Source of the DNA: Amoebidium appalachense
Lineage: Eukaryota; Protista; Ichthyosporea
Direction of reading: 5' to 3'
DNA length: 64,000 nucleotides
Assembly (NCBI GenBank): GCA_963693365.1
Contig: CAVNZM010000015.1
Coordinates: forward strand, 4,843,502-4,907,501
Part shown: piece after piece, positions 1-21,736 of the stretch
Position numbering within the stretch: position 1 is the first letter of the stretch
Layout: each line of letters begins with the position of its first letter
The notes under the pieces: generated by a model
Seen by the model: the letters and a program-made list of their open reading frames with translations, nothing else
What the model was told of the DNA's origin: nothing
The model's database searches: none
Program-made: the position numbers and the translations under genes

Positions 1-354
1 GAGGGAGGGAAGGTGGGGGAGGGAGGGAGAGAGAGATCTTGAGGGAGGGAGAGGGGGGGAGGGGAGGAGGAGGGGGGGGGGAAGAGAGATCGTAAGGGAG
101 GGAGGGAGGTGCGGGGGAAGGGGGGAGGGGGGAAGGGAGGGAGAGAGAGAGAGAGAGACTGGCAGGCAGAGAGGGAGAGAGAGAGAGAGTCGGACAGAAA
201 GAGTTACAGAGAAAGAGAGAGAGGGAGGGAGAGAGGGAGAGAGGGAGGGAAAGCGAGAGAGCCTATCGGGGAGGGAGAGAGGAAGGAGGGCAGCGAGAGG
301 GGGAGGGGAGAAGGGTATAAAGGAGAATGGAGAGGGCGGGTGAGGAAAAACGGG

Positions 355-972
355 AGGAGCTCGCAGAAGGCTAGATCTGGCAGGATCCCATTCTTACGCA
401 AACGTCCATCTAGGGTGCCTAACAGTTTGCAACACATTGTCAAGGAAACTAGGCAACGACTGCTGTGAGGGAAACACACAGGCAGTAAGGCAACAGAGAG
501 TACAGTGGTGTGTATGCCCGCATACGTGTGTGCATGCGCGCATGTGTGAATGAGTTTGTGTGTGGCCATTACCGCTGTTAGATAACCTGATCAAAAAAAG
601 GCAAAGATCTAAGCACTCTTGTCACCCCCCACCGTCGCACGCCTCACATTTCGTCGGCAAATGTTCTGAGATCCACCTCTATACTCTTCCACAGTGCAAC
701 ACACTTCATATACCGTGGTGCCTGGGTGCAACTGACGACATGCACATTGCACATTGTCAAGCACTTACACACTCGTACATCACACTAGATGGGCTACTCG
801 ATTTTCATGTGCTTGCAATGCTATGGTGTACTTACTACCCCCCCTCCCCCCCCCCCCACCCTTGAGCACCCCCAGTGGATGGGCTCTGCCTACGATGCAT
901 AGCCTTACTGTGTGGTTTGCAGTCTGCATGGTGTTGTCCGTCATGGACGTGGTTGGTACTCCGTAACCCAAT
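355..972 (-). CDS. Possible exons of an unidentified minus-strand gene running off the left edge (candidates ~860-972, ~638-731, ~360-463)
   Basis: Three non-repetitive islands with AG/GT ends join in frame (...CTQAPRYMKCVALWKSIEVDLRTFADE/ISRCLVSLTMCCKLLGTLDGRL...). No recognisable motif. Confidence 0.2.
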
Positions 973-1082
973 CTACCCCCCCCCCCCCCCCCCCTTCTCC
1001 CCCCCATCGCCCTTTGAGCCTTCCCCACCCACCCAACCAGCATCCAATAAAAAATGCCCGTTCTCCGTCATCCCCCCCCCAG

Positions 1083-1113
<31 letters not shown>

Positions 1114-1434
1114 CCTCTCTCCTGGGGAAAAGGGCCCTTCGGCTGCCCTGTAACACCACATAGCCATAAATAAAACGTACGTTTACCTAACCCCGCGCCC
1201 AAGCCCTCTTTCCGGGCTGTTGTCGTGGAAAAGTCACAAATGACAAGTGCGCCAAATTTGATCTGAAAGAGCAACGTAGAACACATACAGAGACATAATT
1301 CCCCTTTACCCTGTACACACACAAACATGCACACATGCACACACACACACAGACACGCGCACCATACACACATGCACCCGCATGCACACCCACCTAACCC
1401 CATACACAGAAACACACGCACAGACACAAACACA

Positions 1435-1493
<59 letters not shown>

Positions 1494-1514
1494 ACACACA
1501 CACGTACACACAGC

Positions 1515-1678
1515 ATGGGTCTGCTTGTGCTCGTCACGGGGGCCAATAGGGGCCTTGGCTATGACGTCAGCATGCAGCTGGCCTCAAGTGGCCACAGAGT
1601 TCTTATGGCCTGCAGGAATACAGAGGAGGGCAAAAAGGCTGAAAATGTGCGCCATTATCCCTCCCCCCCCCCCCCCCC

Positions 1679-1723
<45 letters not shown>

Positions 1724-1943
1724 CCGGACACACACACGCATGAGCACACACACACACAAGCACAAACCACTTGAAGAATCCTAATCAATGGTCGAGTATA
1801 TTAGACAGAGCAAAGTATTTAGGATGAAACAAAAGTGATAAAAGAAATTCGGATACTGTACAATCGAGATATATTGAGTGGATATATGGACTTATTTTCC
1901 CAGGCGTTAGTTTTATCTTCCCCGTGACACCCGCGCGTGCACG

Positions 1944-2021
<78 letters not shown>

Positions 2022-2232
2022 TGTTCTTATGTGCTTCTTCCTTTCCCCCCCTTTTTATTTCTTCTTTCTTTCTTTCTTTCTTTATTTTATTTTATTTTAT
2101 TTTTTTTGTGGGGGGGGAGGGGAGGGGGGGGGGGGGGATAATCTTTTGGTTGTTACCAGATCAGTACAGACTGTGATCGTATAGACTGTTACAGCAGCAT
2201 AACGCCATGTGTAATAGTTATAGATCACACAA

Positions 2233-2273
<41 letters not shown>

Positions 2274-2788
2274 TCCCCTGGGCGGCACCCGGGCCCATCC
2301 GTGCTATTCTCCGACATGACATACGGAAACCATATGAAACGGGAGAAAGAAACAGAAAATTGACCAAGAGTTTTTCTTGCATATGACAGGTGAAAATCAC
2401 GTTGTAGTCACTGTTTGGCTGGCTTGTCTCTACCCTCTTTGCGTTTTGTATGTTTTCTTTCTTTCTTTCTTTTTTTGATTTTTGTATTGCTTTTTGTATA
2501 TTTTCTTTCTTTCTTTCTTTCTTTTGAGTTTTGTATTGCTTTTTCATGGTAAATGAAATCGGGGTTTACGCTGTTTACTCGAGGCACACGAAAGACCAGT
2601 CTCAGGTATTGGGGGGTAATATGCTTGGTATATCTTCTCAGTGTTATCATATCAGGTTCATAGATGTCGGGAGATGTTATATTTCAAAATTTTCCTACAC
2701 CATTAAGGCCATGTAAACTCAAAATAAAATCAATTAGTTGGGTCCCCCATATGAATTTTTTTTTAACTGTTGCAGGTCTATCTCCTTC

Positions 2789-2830
<42 letters not shown>

Positions 2831-2867
2831 TTCTCCCCCCCCCTCCCCCCCCCCCCCCCCCCGGGGC

Positions 2868-2898
<31 letters not shown>

Positions 2899-2994
2899 AC
2901 ATCCACGACATTCTCTCTACATGGGTGTTGTGGATATTTTTAGTACATACTGCCTACATACCCCCCCCCCCCCCCCACACACACACACACCCAT

Positions 2995-3039
<45 letters not shown>

Positions 3040-3404
3040 CCCTCCCCTCCTCCTGCCCTCACATGCCCGCTCGTCCATTGCGGCTGCTTATCAGCAGGGG
3101 TCTTCAAATTTGGACACACATTCTTTTTTTAACAGTACTTTCTAATTTTGGATACACATTATAATGGAGGCAAAATTCTACCCCCCAGGGACTCTTCTCA
3201 AATTCAACCGTTTCAAAAGACACGGTTGTCGTTTCTTCCACCTCACAGATTCACCGTCTTCCCCCCCCCCCCCCTCTCTCTCTCTTTATCAGGTGATCAA
3301 GAAGGAAACAGGGAACAAGGGGGAGGTTGGAGTTCTGGAGGTGGACACGGGGGGAGAGGTGTCGGTGAGAGAACTGGTGAACACGGTGAAGTGTAACTAT
3401 GACC

Positions 3405-3450
<46 letters not shown>

Positions 3451-3691
3451 CGCGTTTGCGTGCGTGTGCGTGTGCGTGTGCGTGTGCGTGTGTGCGTGTG
3501 TTGGTGTGTGTGTTGTTTGTGTGTGTTTTTTTCTGGGGGGGGGGGGGGGCAAGGGCGGGGGGGGGGGGGGGGGGGAGGGGGGGGACGGGTGGTGTGCGTG
3601 TGCGTGTGCATATACGTGTGCACGCATCTGTGTGGTGTATGTGTGTGGGGGGGCGGGAGGGGGAGGAGGGGGAGTGTATGCATGTATGTGT

Positions 3692-3779
<88 letters not shown>

Positions 3780-4067
3780 CGTGCGTGAGTGCGCGCGCGT
3801 GCGCGTGTGTGTGTCCGCGCGCATGGGGGCAATGTGTGTGTAGTGTATCGTAGCCCACATGTTCTTGTTGTGCACGTGTTATAGTAAGTAGTAAAGAAAA
3901 TGTGTTCGTTTGTTTTCTTCACACTACACCTGATCACTACGTTTATCTTTAATATCTGACTGTCTACTCCCCCCCCCCCCCCCCCAACCCACCCCACCCA
4001 CTCCCCCTCCCGAACACCCCCCCCCCCCCCCCCCCCCCGCCCCTCCTCCCCGTCCCCCTTCCCCCCC

Positions 4068-4098
<31 letters not shown>

Positions 4099-4770
4099 AC
4101 ACACATTTTTGCTTTCTTTTTCCTCATTTCTGATTGGGCAGCAAATCGACATACTGATCAACAATGCCGCCATCTACCAACCCGCCTACGACCCCAACAC
4201 CTATGACGTCACCATGGCAACAAACGTGAATGGCCCGATTCTATTGGCCCAGTCCCTCCTTCCTTATTTGGCAGGTGGTGGCCGCATAGTGAATGTGTCT
4301 TCGGAGATGGGTCAGCTGAGAAGTCTCTCAAATGCTTACAAGGTTGCCCCCCCCCCCCCTCCCCCGACCCACCCACCCACCCACACAAACACACACACCC
4401 GCCCACACAAGGACACAGATGCACACACACCAGTAGTCCATTTTACGTACATGTTTTTTTTTTCGTTGCAACAGGTTCTATAGTTTTTCTCCATTCATGG
4501 TTTGGTCTACAATACTCCCATGCCCTGCAACCCCCCTCCCCCCTTCCTCTTCCGCCCTGCCCTCCCGGCGCCTATTTCTCTCTCTGACCTTTCCGACTTT
4601 CTTATCAGGAGCGCATCAGGAATGCAAAAACCATTCAGGAACTTCTTCTGATTGGCTACGAACCACGCGACACGGACATGGCCAGCCAATACTATCCCTG
4701 CTACCGCATATCCAAGGCCATGATAAATCGTGCCACACAGCTACTTGCACAGGATCCTATGGTCAAGTAA

Positions 4771-4804
<34 letters not shown>

Positions 4805-5263
4805 CCCTCCCCTCCCCCCTGCCCTCCCTACCCCCCCACCCCCCCACCCCCCCCCCGGCCCGTGCCCCCCGTCCGCCCCTTTCCCTCCCCACCGAAACAC
4901 ACCTGCCTTTCTCCCTCCCCTATACTTCCTTGGTAATAGTAATTAGAAATGGAGATCGTTTTTTTTTTTTTTTTTTTTTTTTTTTGCGATTGGACACATA
5001 TACCCCTGTAGTTCTAGTTTGTGTTCAGTTGCACCGTAATTGAAGAACCCCATATCTTTCACACCCCATATGTAGAACCCCCCCCCCCCCTCCCCCCCCC
5101 ATCCGTTGTTGTCTATCTACAGCATACACACAGCACAAGCACAAAAGGAAAGGAGGAGATCCTTATGGGTTGCAGGAGAGGTGGTATGGTGAGATCTTAT
5201 ACTGAGCTGTGTTTGTGGAGGGAAAGTGTGTGTGTGTGTGTGTGTTTGGGGGGGGGGGGGGGA

Positions 5264-5294
<31 letters not shown>

Positions 5295-5365
5295 AGAGGG
5301 CAGGGTAAACGACGACATGTGTCCGTATGCACAGGTGTCCGTATGTGTGTGATCAACGTGTGCGA

Positions 5366-5419
<54 letters not shown>

Positions 5420-5502
5420 ATGTGTGTAGGAAGCAGAGGGCCGGATAGAGCACTGCTCACATCCAGCTATGGCACTTGCACTCACACACATCCTCATATA
5501 CC

Positions 5503-5536
<34 letters not shown>

Positions 5537-6113
5537 TCTCTCTCCCCCAAACACATGCAAAGACACACATGCTCAGTGCACGTGTACACACACATGCACA
5601 CACACCTTCACACACGTTCACATCTGTACATATCCACACACATTCACCCACCCACATAAGTACACACACACACATTCACCCACCCACATAAGTACACACA
5701 ACACACATTCACCCACCCACATAAGTACACACACACACATTCACCCACCCACATAAGTACACACACACACATTCACCCACCCACATAAGTACACACACAC
5801 ACATTCACCCACCCACATAAGTACACACACACACATTCACCCACCCACACGCACACACACACACACACGTATACACACACACACACGTGCACACGTACCC
5901 ACACGCACACACGTACACACAAACTTTCTCAGGTCACGCAGGCTCACGGTCAGCTGTGTTGATCCGGGCTGGTGCCGCACGGACATGGGTGGTCCCTCAG
6001 CTCCCCGCAGCAGCCACCAGGGGAGAGACTCTGTGCTGTGGAATGCACTGCACGTGCCTGCAGAAGACACACAGGGGGGTTTTTTCCGCGATGGCAGGCC
6101 TCTTGCCTTTTGA
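1515..6113 (+). CDS. Classical short-chain dehydrogenase/reductase, carbonyl reductase (CBR1)-like, ~261 aa; exons 1515-1646, 3293-3406/7, 4142-4342, 4609-4766, 5933-6113
   Basis: Spliced translation shows VTGANRGLG (TGxxxGxG), MACR, IDILINNAA, RIVNVSS, catalytic YRISK (YxxSK) and VDPGWCRTDMGG...GFFRDGRPLAF*. GT-AG introns are phase-compatible except exon 2/3, which needs one fewer G at 3406-3408. Confidence 0.92.
5635..5848. repeat. Intronic minisatellite, ~32-bp unit CATTCACCCACCCACATAAGTACACACACACA, ~6.5 copies
   Basis: Direct tandem copies visible in SDR intron 4. Confidence 0.9.
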
Positions 6114-6304
6114 ACCCCCCCCCCCCCCCCCCCCTTTCCCCCTCCCCAAAAAAAAACCCAAAAAAAAAAATGCATATTTTGTTTGCCAACTCCACACAAC
6201 GGCTACACACATGCACATGCACGTAATCACATATGGACACAATCACCCGCGCGCCTGCACACACGTACAAATCAAACACACATACACAAGCGCTCGCGCA
6301 CACG

Positions 6305-6436
<132 letters not shown>

Positions 6437-7178
6437 ACACTCACACTCTCACACACATGCAGAGCTCTAGGGGTGCACTCATTACCAAGAGAGTAGTTGT
6501 AGCGTGACACAGTTTTTGGTTGGTTTATTTTGTCATCTGAAGACCAAGTCCATATGAAGATATTTGCATGTATTTATGAACCGAGGCCATAAATTTAAGC
6601 GCGCGGCCAGGAGATTAAGTAATTTTTCAACCCCACATGCACAGAAAAAAGCATGATTGTACCAGCCAACCCCATCATTTGTGTTTTGTGTCTGTGACAC
6701 ACGATGGGATTGGCAGTCCTACATATATAAACAAACATATGAATATTATTCGTGGGTGGTTTGAAAAGAACCTTTCAGACGGTAGCGCATGAAAACAGAC
6801 CAAGAAGTGTTTGGAAAAAAAGAAAAACACGAGTCCCATATGTATTCTTTTCTATATTCTACATGAATTCAACTACAAGCAGAAAAAAGGAAGAAACGAA
6901 GAGGGGAAGAAAATGACGAAAAGAACAAAGAAACACAAGAGATATGTTAACCTTCTACTGTTCAGGGAAACGAAAACAAAAATAACCATTACTAGTGGAT
7001 TTCTAATAACACACGTTGGGTATATCCAAAGGCAGAATGCAATACTAGTTTTAATCTATGAAAATATGACAAGATATGGGCTACATTCATATAGAAGGAT
7101 GTTACACAGATATCAAACTCGGGTGTCTTATGTGTGTATGTGTTTTGTGTGTGCGCACACATGCACGCGCGTACACGC

Positions 7179-7274
<96 letters not shown>

Positions 7275-7440
7275 GTACTTGTATACACGCGCGCGTGTGT
7301 ATGCCTGTGCGTGTGTGTGTGTGTGTGTGTTTCACTTTCCACCCTCCACGCATGCCATTCTTACATTGCCTAAGTAGTAACATTCACATCACCTTGTCTT
7401 TGGGCTATAGGATGATGCCCAACCCCCACCTCTCCACCCG

Positions 7441-15761
<8,321 letters not shown>

Positions 15762-16874
15762 CGAGGGTTCTCCATAGCAGTGCAGTGCAAAACTAGTCAG
15801 CGTATGCCATTCCTTCCTTGGACCTCGTGACTCAAAATCAGGTATTCAACATTTAGACAGTGGCATTCGCTCCCCGCTGAAGTGCGTACCAAACATTGTA
15901 AGCATCCATACGCTGATGTTAAAGGACTAAGACGTTCACTAAACCTTGATACATCGGGATAACACCGTTCAAAAATGTGCAAAGTCAGGCAAAGCACTAC
16001 GTGAAGCTTCAACCACATGTATCTCCAATTCAACGGCACGAGGGGAGGAAGGGGGAGAGGGAGATGGGGGAGAGGAGCAGGGAGGAGGCTCCTCCCGGGG
16101 GTTTGCAGAGAAGACCGAAAATCAAGAGCAAGAGAACGAAACAAGCGTGACCTAGCTTAAAGGCAACTGGTGCAAGTTTGTGGGACTCACCTTTTCGCTG
16201 GGCGTGCCGCCATGACACATAAATTATATGTTGCACGGGGTAATCAAGAGGGAGGGGAAAAACCTGGCGGAGACAACGTATAGACTTCGCTCGTATGTTT
16301 TATTCTATGTACGATTTTGTGTGGGAAATGCCCCCGCATTCGGCCTCTAAATCCTTTCGCTGTCCTTTCACTCACTGCAAGTTCCGCCATGCATACATAG
16401 TTTCCTTTCTTCAAATTTTCTGCGGTTTTAGCTCTACTTTCCTTTTGGATTCGTACAAAAACCCTGCTTTACTATAAATCTTTATCCCCCTCTGAACATG
16501 GCCGGCCGAACTGAACGGGGTTTTCTGGTGACGGTGGACGGTGAACGGTGATGAAATGACGTTCCCGCCGAATTATAAATCAACCGCAATGATTGGTCCA
16601 TACCTCAAATTAGCTAATCTATCCCGCCATCAGTCGTGTCGAACCAATGATCGATTAATTGCGGTGCGGCTCCCGAAACACCTTAGAGTGATTTTATCTA
16701 GACCGTCTTCTGCTTCGTGTCCAATAGTTATATTCCTTCCTGCTTGCTATATAGGTTTCAAGGAATATCTGTAGCATGACTCTTTGCGCAAACCACCCGC
16801 TAGACACTTCAAAAAAAGTTCATTACCCGCATCAAAAACCCATTTAAGCCCGAACTTTAAGAACCCCCCCAATT

Positions 16875-17331
16875 GTTATCAGCAGTAAACGGTTACTTGG
16901 TTTCATACTCAATATCCTTTGCTTCATCGTTGTGATAAAGAGTATCATGGTAGGGCTCTTGCGCCTGTGCTTCTTTTTATAATAGAGACACGTCTATTTT
17001 CTTTACAATTGTTGTGTCAATTAGCCACTTATGTTTATCCTTCCTCTCGTAAACCTACCACACTTACCGATTTTACAATTCTAACCCCTCCTTGTGATAT
17101 AGCTTGAAAATGTTTATTTTGGCGCTGTAACCTTTGTTTCCATAAATGTTTGTGCCACTTTTGTGCAGAACCTTTTTCTCGTAAACACTTAGATAGATGT
17201 ATTTATTTATCTCAGATTATTCCGTTAGAAATTAGAAGACTGGCTTATTTAGATAATCCTGATATTACGTCTATTGACTATCTGTTGAACCACGGTATGT
17301 TTAACGAGTTTTCTCGGGTGTATGATTATTT
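16875..17331 (+). mobile_element. Non-LTR retrotransposon family A, 5'-truncated copy, left half (continues at 18743)
   Basis: Near-identical reverse complement of 17451-17905, encoding the degenerate ORF C-terminus (in-frame TGA at ~17105). It ends at TATGATTATTT, and the element's next bases AAGTCGTT resume at 18743. Confidence 0.88.
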
Positions 17332-18578
17332 TTTATATATAATGACTTTATTGATATGCTCAGCAAAATAGAAGCCATCGAGATATAACCGATGTCTCGG
17401 AGAAGAAAATACAAAAGCCCTCACTCTCGGATACGGAGGAGATAACGACTTAAATAATCATACACCCTAGAAAACTCGTTAAACATACCGTGGTTCAACA
17501 GATAGTCAATAGACGTAATATCAGGATTATCTAAATAAGCCAGTCTTCTTATTTCTAACGGAATAATCTGAGATAAATAAATACATCTATCTAAGTGTTT
17601 ACGAGAAAAAGGTTCTGCACAAAAGTGGCACAAACATGTATGGAAACAAAGGTTACAGCGCCAAAATAAACATTTCCAAGCTATATCACAAGGAGGGGTT
17701 AGAATTGCAAAATCGGTAAGTGTGGTAGGGTTCAGAGAGGAAGGATAAATATAAGCAGCTAAATTACACAACGATTGTAAAGAAAATAGACGAATCTCTA
17801 ATATAAAAAGAAGCACAGGCTCAAAAGCCCTACCATGATACTCTTTATCACAACGATGAAGCAAAGGATATTGAGTATGAAACCAAGTAACATACTGCTG
17901 ATAACTAGTAGAAGAGAAAAATAAAGGAGATAAGTATTTAAAAGGATATCTCGGAATGGGAGAGAGATTGGGGATAGGACATTTCGCACGAACATTAGAA
18001 ATGCCGGGAACAGGTGCTAAAGAAGGAAAGAATTGCAACAAAGGATGATAAGAGGGAAGCCTAACCAAATGAAAACAAAAGCGAAGTCCTAATTCATTCA
18101 TACGCTGGTGTGCCGGAGGGAGACCAAAAACACTCAGCAAGGGAGCCGCCAAAGGATGCCTACGCGAGGTTCGAGAAATAAACTGGATGAATTCACGCTG
18201 AAAGGAATCGAATTCCCGAAGAGCCGCGCGCTGTTGCCGTAGAGGGGCACACAAGAGTAACGGGAGGCCATATTCGAAACATGGACGAAGAAAAACTTTA
18301 TAAAGAGTGAGCAAATTGGCAGGATGAATATTAGATATTTCTTGATAGATATGTAAGCGACCACGCGCACGAGAAATGCGCGAAGTCAAAAGGCGCTCAA
18401 ACCAGATACCCTTAGAGGTGAAAGGAATACCTACAATAAATAGTCATAGGAGGACATGATTGGGATAGGTTGATTGTTCAGAGTGCCACTGTGCATTGGA
18501 AGAAAAGGTGCCGCATTTATCTATCCCAATTTTCATGAAATTTCGGAAACACCAGTCATCTACTCCAGAAAGCATGTT
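17332..18578 (-). mobile_element. Non-LTR retrotransposon family A, 5'-truncated antisense copy; RT C-terminus/thumb plus Cys-His motif, ORF remnant 17421-18389 with frameshifted RT sequence upstream
   Basis: LLTLYKVFLRPCFEYG (LINE post-RT motif), upstream DWCFRNFMKIGIDKC...PIMSSYDYL/GIPF (RT domains 6-7, frameshifted), CLCHFCAEPFSRKHLDRC and SIDYLLN. The 3' UTR has a stem-loop, AATAAA and an A/T-rich tail. Confidence 0.9.
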
Positions 18579-18742
18579 AAAAAAAAACTTTACGGAATAG
18601 CCAAGGCATCCGATCCTTGGCTACCCCGGTTGGAGTTAGCTTAGAGGGCCATTGCCATAGTTCTGCACCCAGGCGAGTCCCATCAGGGCATCCGATATCC
18701 AATGCGCTACATCCCGGGATTCGAACCAGATGCCTCCTGCAC
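18579..18742 (-). mobile_element. tRNA-derived Pol III / SINE-like segment (5'-truncated) fused upstream of the LINE fragment
   Basis: Minus strand shows a B-box GGTTCGAATCC (18727-18717) in a tRNA T-arm-like context, a 9-bp stem TAGCCAAGG/CCTTGGCTA (18598-18623) and a T9 run (18587-18579) resembling a Pol III terminator. No A-box is present. Confidence 0.55.
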
Positions 18743-18854
18743 AAGTCGTTATCTCCTCCGTATCCGAGAATGAGGGCTTTTGTATTTTCTTCTCCGAGAT
18801 ATCGGTGATATCTCGATGGCTTCTATTTTGCTGAGCATATCAATAAAGTCATTA

Positions 18855-18857
<3 letters not shown>
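18743..18857 (+). mobile_element. Family A LINE, right half (ORF end and 3' UTR) of the copy starting at 16875
   Basis: Reverse complement of ~17337-17452, with a perfect hairpin CGAGATATC-GGT-GATATCTCG and AATAAAGTCATTATAA, then a poly-C run. Confidence 0.88.
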
Positions 18858-18887
<30 letters not shown>

Positions 18888-19244
18888 AGCTCCCCTCTTG
18901 GCCATGGCCGGCGCCTGCCGCTGGTCGATCCTCCAAGTTTGTGCTCTGAGGAAAGCCGTCGTGAAACCATACGTCTAGAGAGCTTTATATCTGACCATAC
19001 AGACTGTATCCGTGTTCTCTGACCGATCAACGAGATGTCAAACTGTCCGAAGCCTGTGCCATACAAGGTGTTCACTGCAAAGAGCCAAATGCTTCAGCTG
19101 GAAATCTAGCCGGTTGTTTTGGCTGGAGCAGTGACTGTCTACAGTATAGGGATGCTGCTCCACAACAGCCACCTCTAACCACAAGATATATGCTAATTCA
19201 GTCCTAGTCATTTATAGGACTCCTGTTGCTTTGTCAGACCGCAG

Positions 19245-19311
<67 letters not shown>

Positions 19312-20270
19312 CCCTAGACCGCTGCGCTTTCCCATGCTCGCCCTTCTCACATTTCCTCCCATTTCCCCTCCCTCTCACAGGATCTCTCTGCGACACCCAT
19401 CTCCCTAGGTCCCCCTCCCTTTCCCTCTCTCCCTCTTCCCTTCTTGTCCCTTACCATCCTTCTCGCTTGTCTCCCTCTTCGTCTTCTTCTCTCTGTCACT
19501 CTCTCTTGTGCTGTCCCACTCCTGCACTTTTTAACATTTGGCCCTGCATGGTTTGGCTCTGTAACCATATACAAATAACTTTATCCTACTGGGTGGTTAT
19601 TGAAGCTTTCTACTCTCCTAGGAGTGATCACACAACCACTCCCAACTATAGGTGGGCACAATCGCCAAACCAGTGGAGCGGGCCGCACGTCGGCCTCTGC
19701 CATACCGGCCAATACATGGCAAAAATTTTCGGGAATCCACATATGAAGACACAGACAAGAGCTCATACATGCACGTCGGTACAGCACACACTTGATGCAC
19801 ACCTTCGAACCACAGTTGCGGCCACACAAATGCGCACCTAGACAAACACACATTAACGCACACAACATGCTCGTTAATGATTCTTGGTGTACACGCTTGG
19901 CAACACAAGATCGCGACCACGCGGTTACCCACACACGAACATGCACAGTCATACAATCCCAAAAAAGGACAGTTTCAAGCACACAACCACAATAACTTAA
20001 ACACACACCTACACGTTCACAACACATCCATACACTTTATCAACATATCCACAAAAACAATGAGCTGTACACCTGAGCACGCAACTCGCACAGGCCGCTC
20101 ATGCACACACATAGAACGCGCACACACACACACACACGCGTGCGCGTGGGGTGTACACACACCCGCATACCTGCACACATGCACGCAAACACACACAGAG
20201 AGAGAGACAGAGAGAGCATAGAGAGAGAGGGCGAGAGAGAAGAGAGAGAGAGAGAGATAGAAAAAGAGAA

Positions 20271-20360
<90 letters not shown>

Positions 20361-20375
20361 GAAAGAGCGAGGAGG

Positions 20376-20417
<42 letters not shown>

Positions 20418-21736
20418 GGAGGTAGGGGCAGACAGACTCGGGGATAGAGACACACTCTCACCCGCAGATCCAAACGCTCGGCACAGTGCCACAACCAAGT
20501 TACACACCGATGCATATCACAGGGTTGCATGCGGCATTGATGCATTTGCACAAGTTCCTGCTGAACATGAACACTCAACGGCAATCATTTGGTCTTCCTA
20601 TTCTCCCTCACTAAATCAAACATGCAACGTACACGTGGCTCAACATTCAGTGAATCTAGGTGCACGTGTGCATAAATTTTAGCCCTTTACAGCTTTGTAC
20701 AAGTCACTCACACCGACACGCAAACAAGGACACATCATAACACTGAGGTGAGAAATATTTATTACGTATACAGGTAAGCTGGCCAGGGCGTCGCCTGCGA
20801 TGTTCAGAGCACGGCTGTAGCGCATACCATTCCTCCCCCCCCCCCCCCCCCCCCCCCCCCCGCGTCCTCCCCACCTCCCCCTCCCCACCTCTTCCTCCTC
20901 CTCTCAGGGCCACGGCCATCTCTCAACACTGGGTCCTTTAAGCCTACGAGCACTGTGACGCCGTGAGTCGAGGCACCATATGCCTGGCACGGCCGGGGTA
21001 ACTGCGAGCAAGACAGGGGTAGTACACTGGCAATAAACAGGCATCGTGACCCCCTAGAGTTTTCCTCTTGTACATAGTACCACATTCTCCGCTGACACTG
21101 GCAACTGTCAACCGAGCTGCCATAAACGGATTGAGAGAAAAGAAATTTATGCGTAGCCTGCCTTGGTAAAAGAAAACGTGTGCCACGGTCGACACAGCCT
21201 TCGGCTAGGCCAGGTAGTCAGGTAAAATAGGCCGCCCTGGCCAGCTGGCAGCTGCAACGCCGATGTGAAAATATGAAAAGAGTTTTGGGAGATATCTTAA
21301 AGCTTTTGATTGGTCAATCTTGTAAGTTCCGTGTGAAGTTTTATTGCGGAATGTGCCGGCATAGGATTCTATTGGCTAAAACAAGGTTTGGTATGTGGTA
21401 CACACCCAGCGTCACCCAGAAAACGAAAAATATGAAGCCTTGAACTCTGCGGGCAGACAGAAGTTCCCCTTCTCCACCTCCTGCCAGTCTCAGCTTCCAC
21501 GTTTCTGTCTTGGAGGGCCAAATTTCATACAGTTTATGGTTGTAAAATAGAAACCGAACCGAAATAGCCTGTATTGTGCGTATTTAACAGATACATAACG
21601 CTGCTTCTAGCGCGTCGGAATAGCAGCACAGGCACACAGGACTCCTTTAGCCATAAAACTCCAACCTAATCTTCGAAGGACACGTTCGCATAAAGGTTGT
21701 CCGTAACAACTTTTGGGCGTGTCACACACTTTCAAA

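Noticed and set aside
18700-18745. Intact tRNA gene
   Set aside because: Only the B-box/T-arm side is present; there is no A-box, D-arm or acceptor-stem partner.
17335-18857. ~115-bp terminal inverted repeats suggesting a DIRS, Penelope or DNA transposon
   Set aside because: The right repeat is the exact continuation of the plus-strand copy broken at 17331, so nesting explains it, and the protein motifs are LINE-type.
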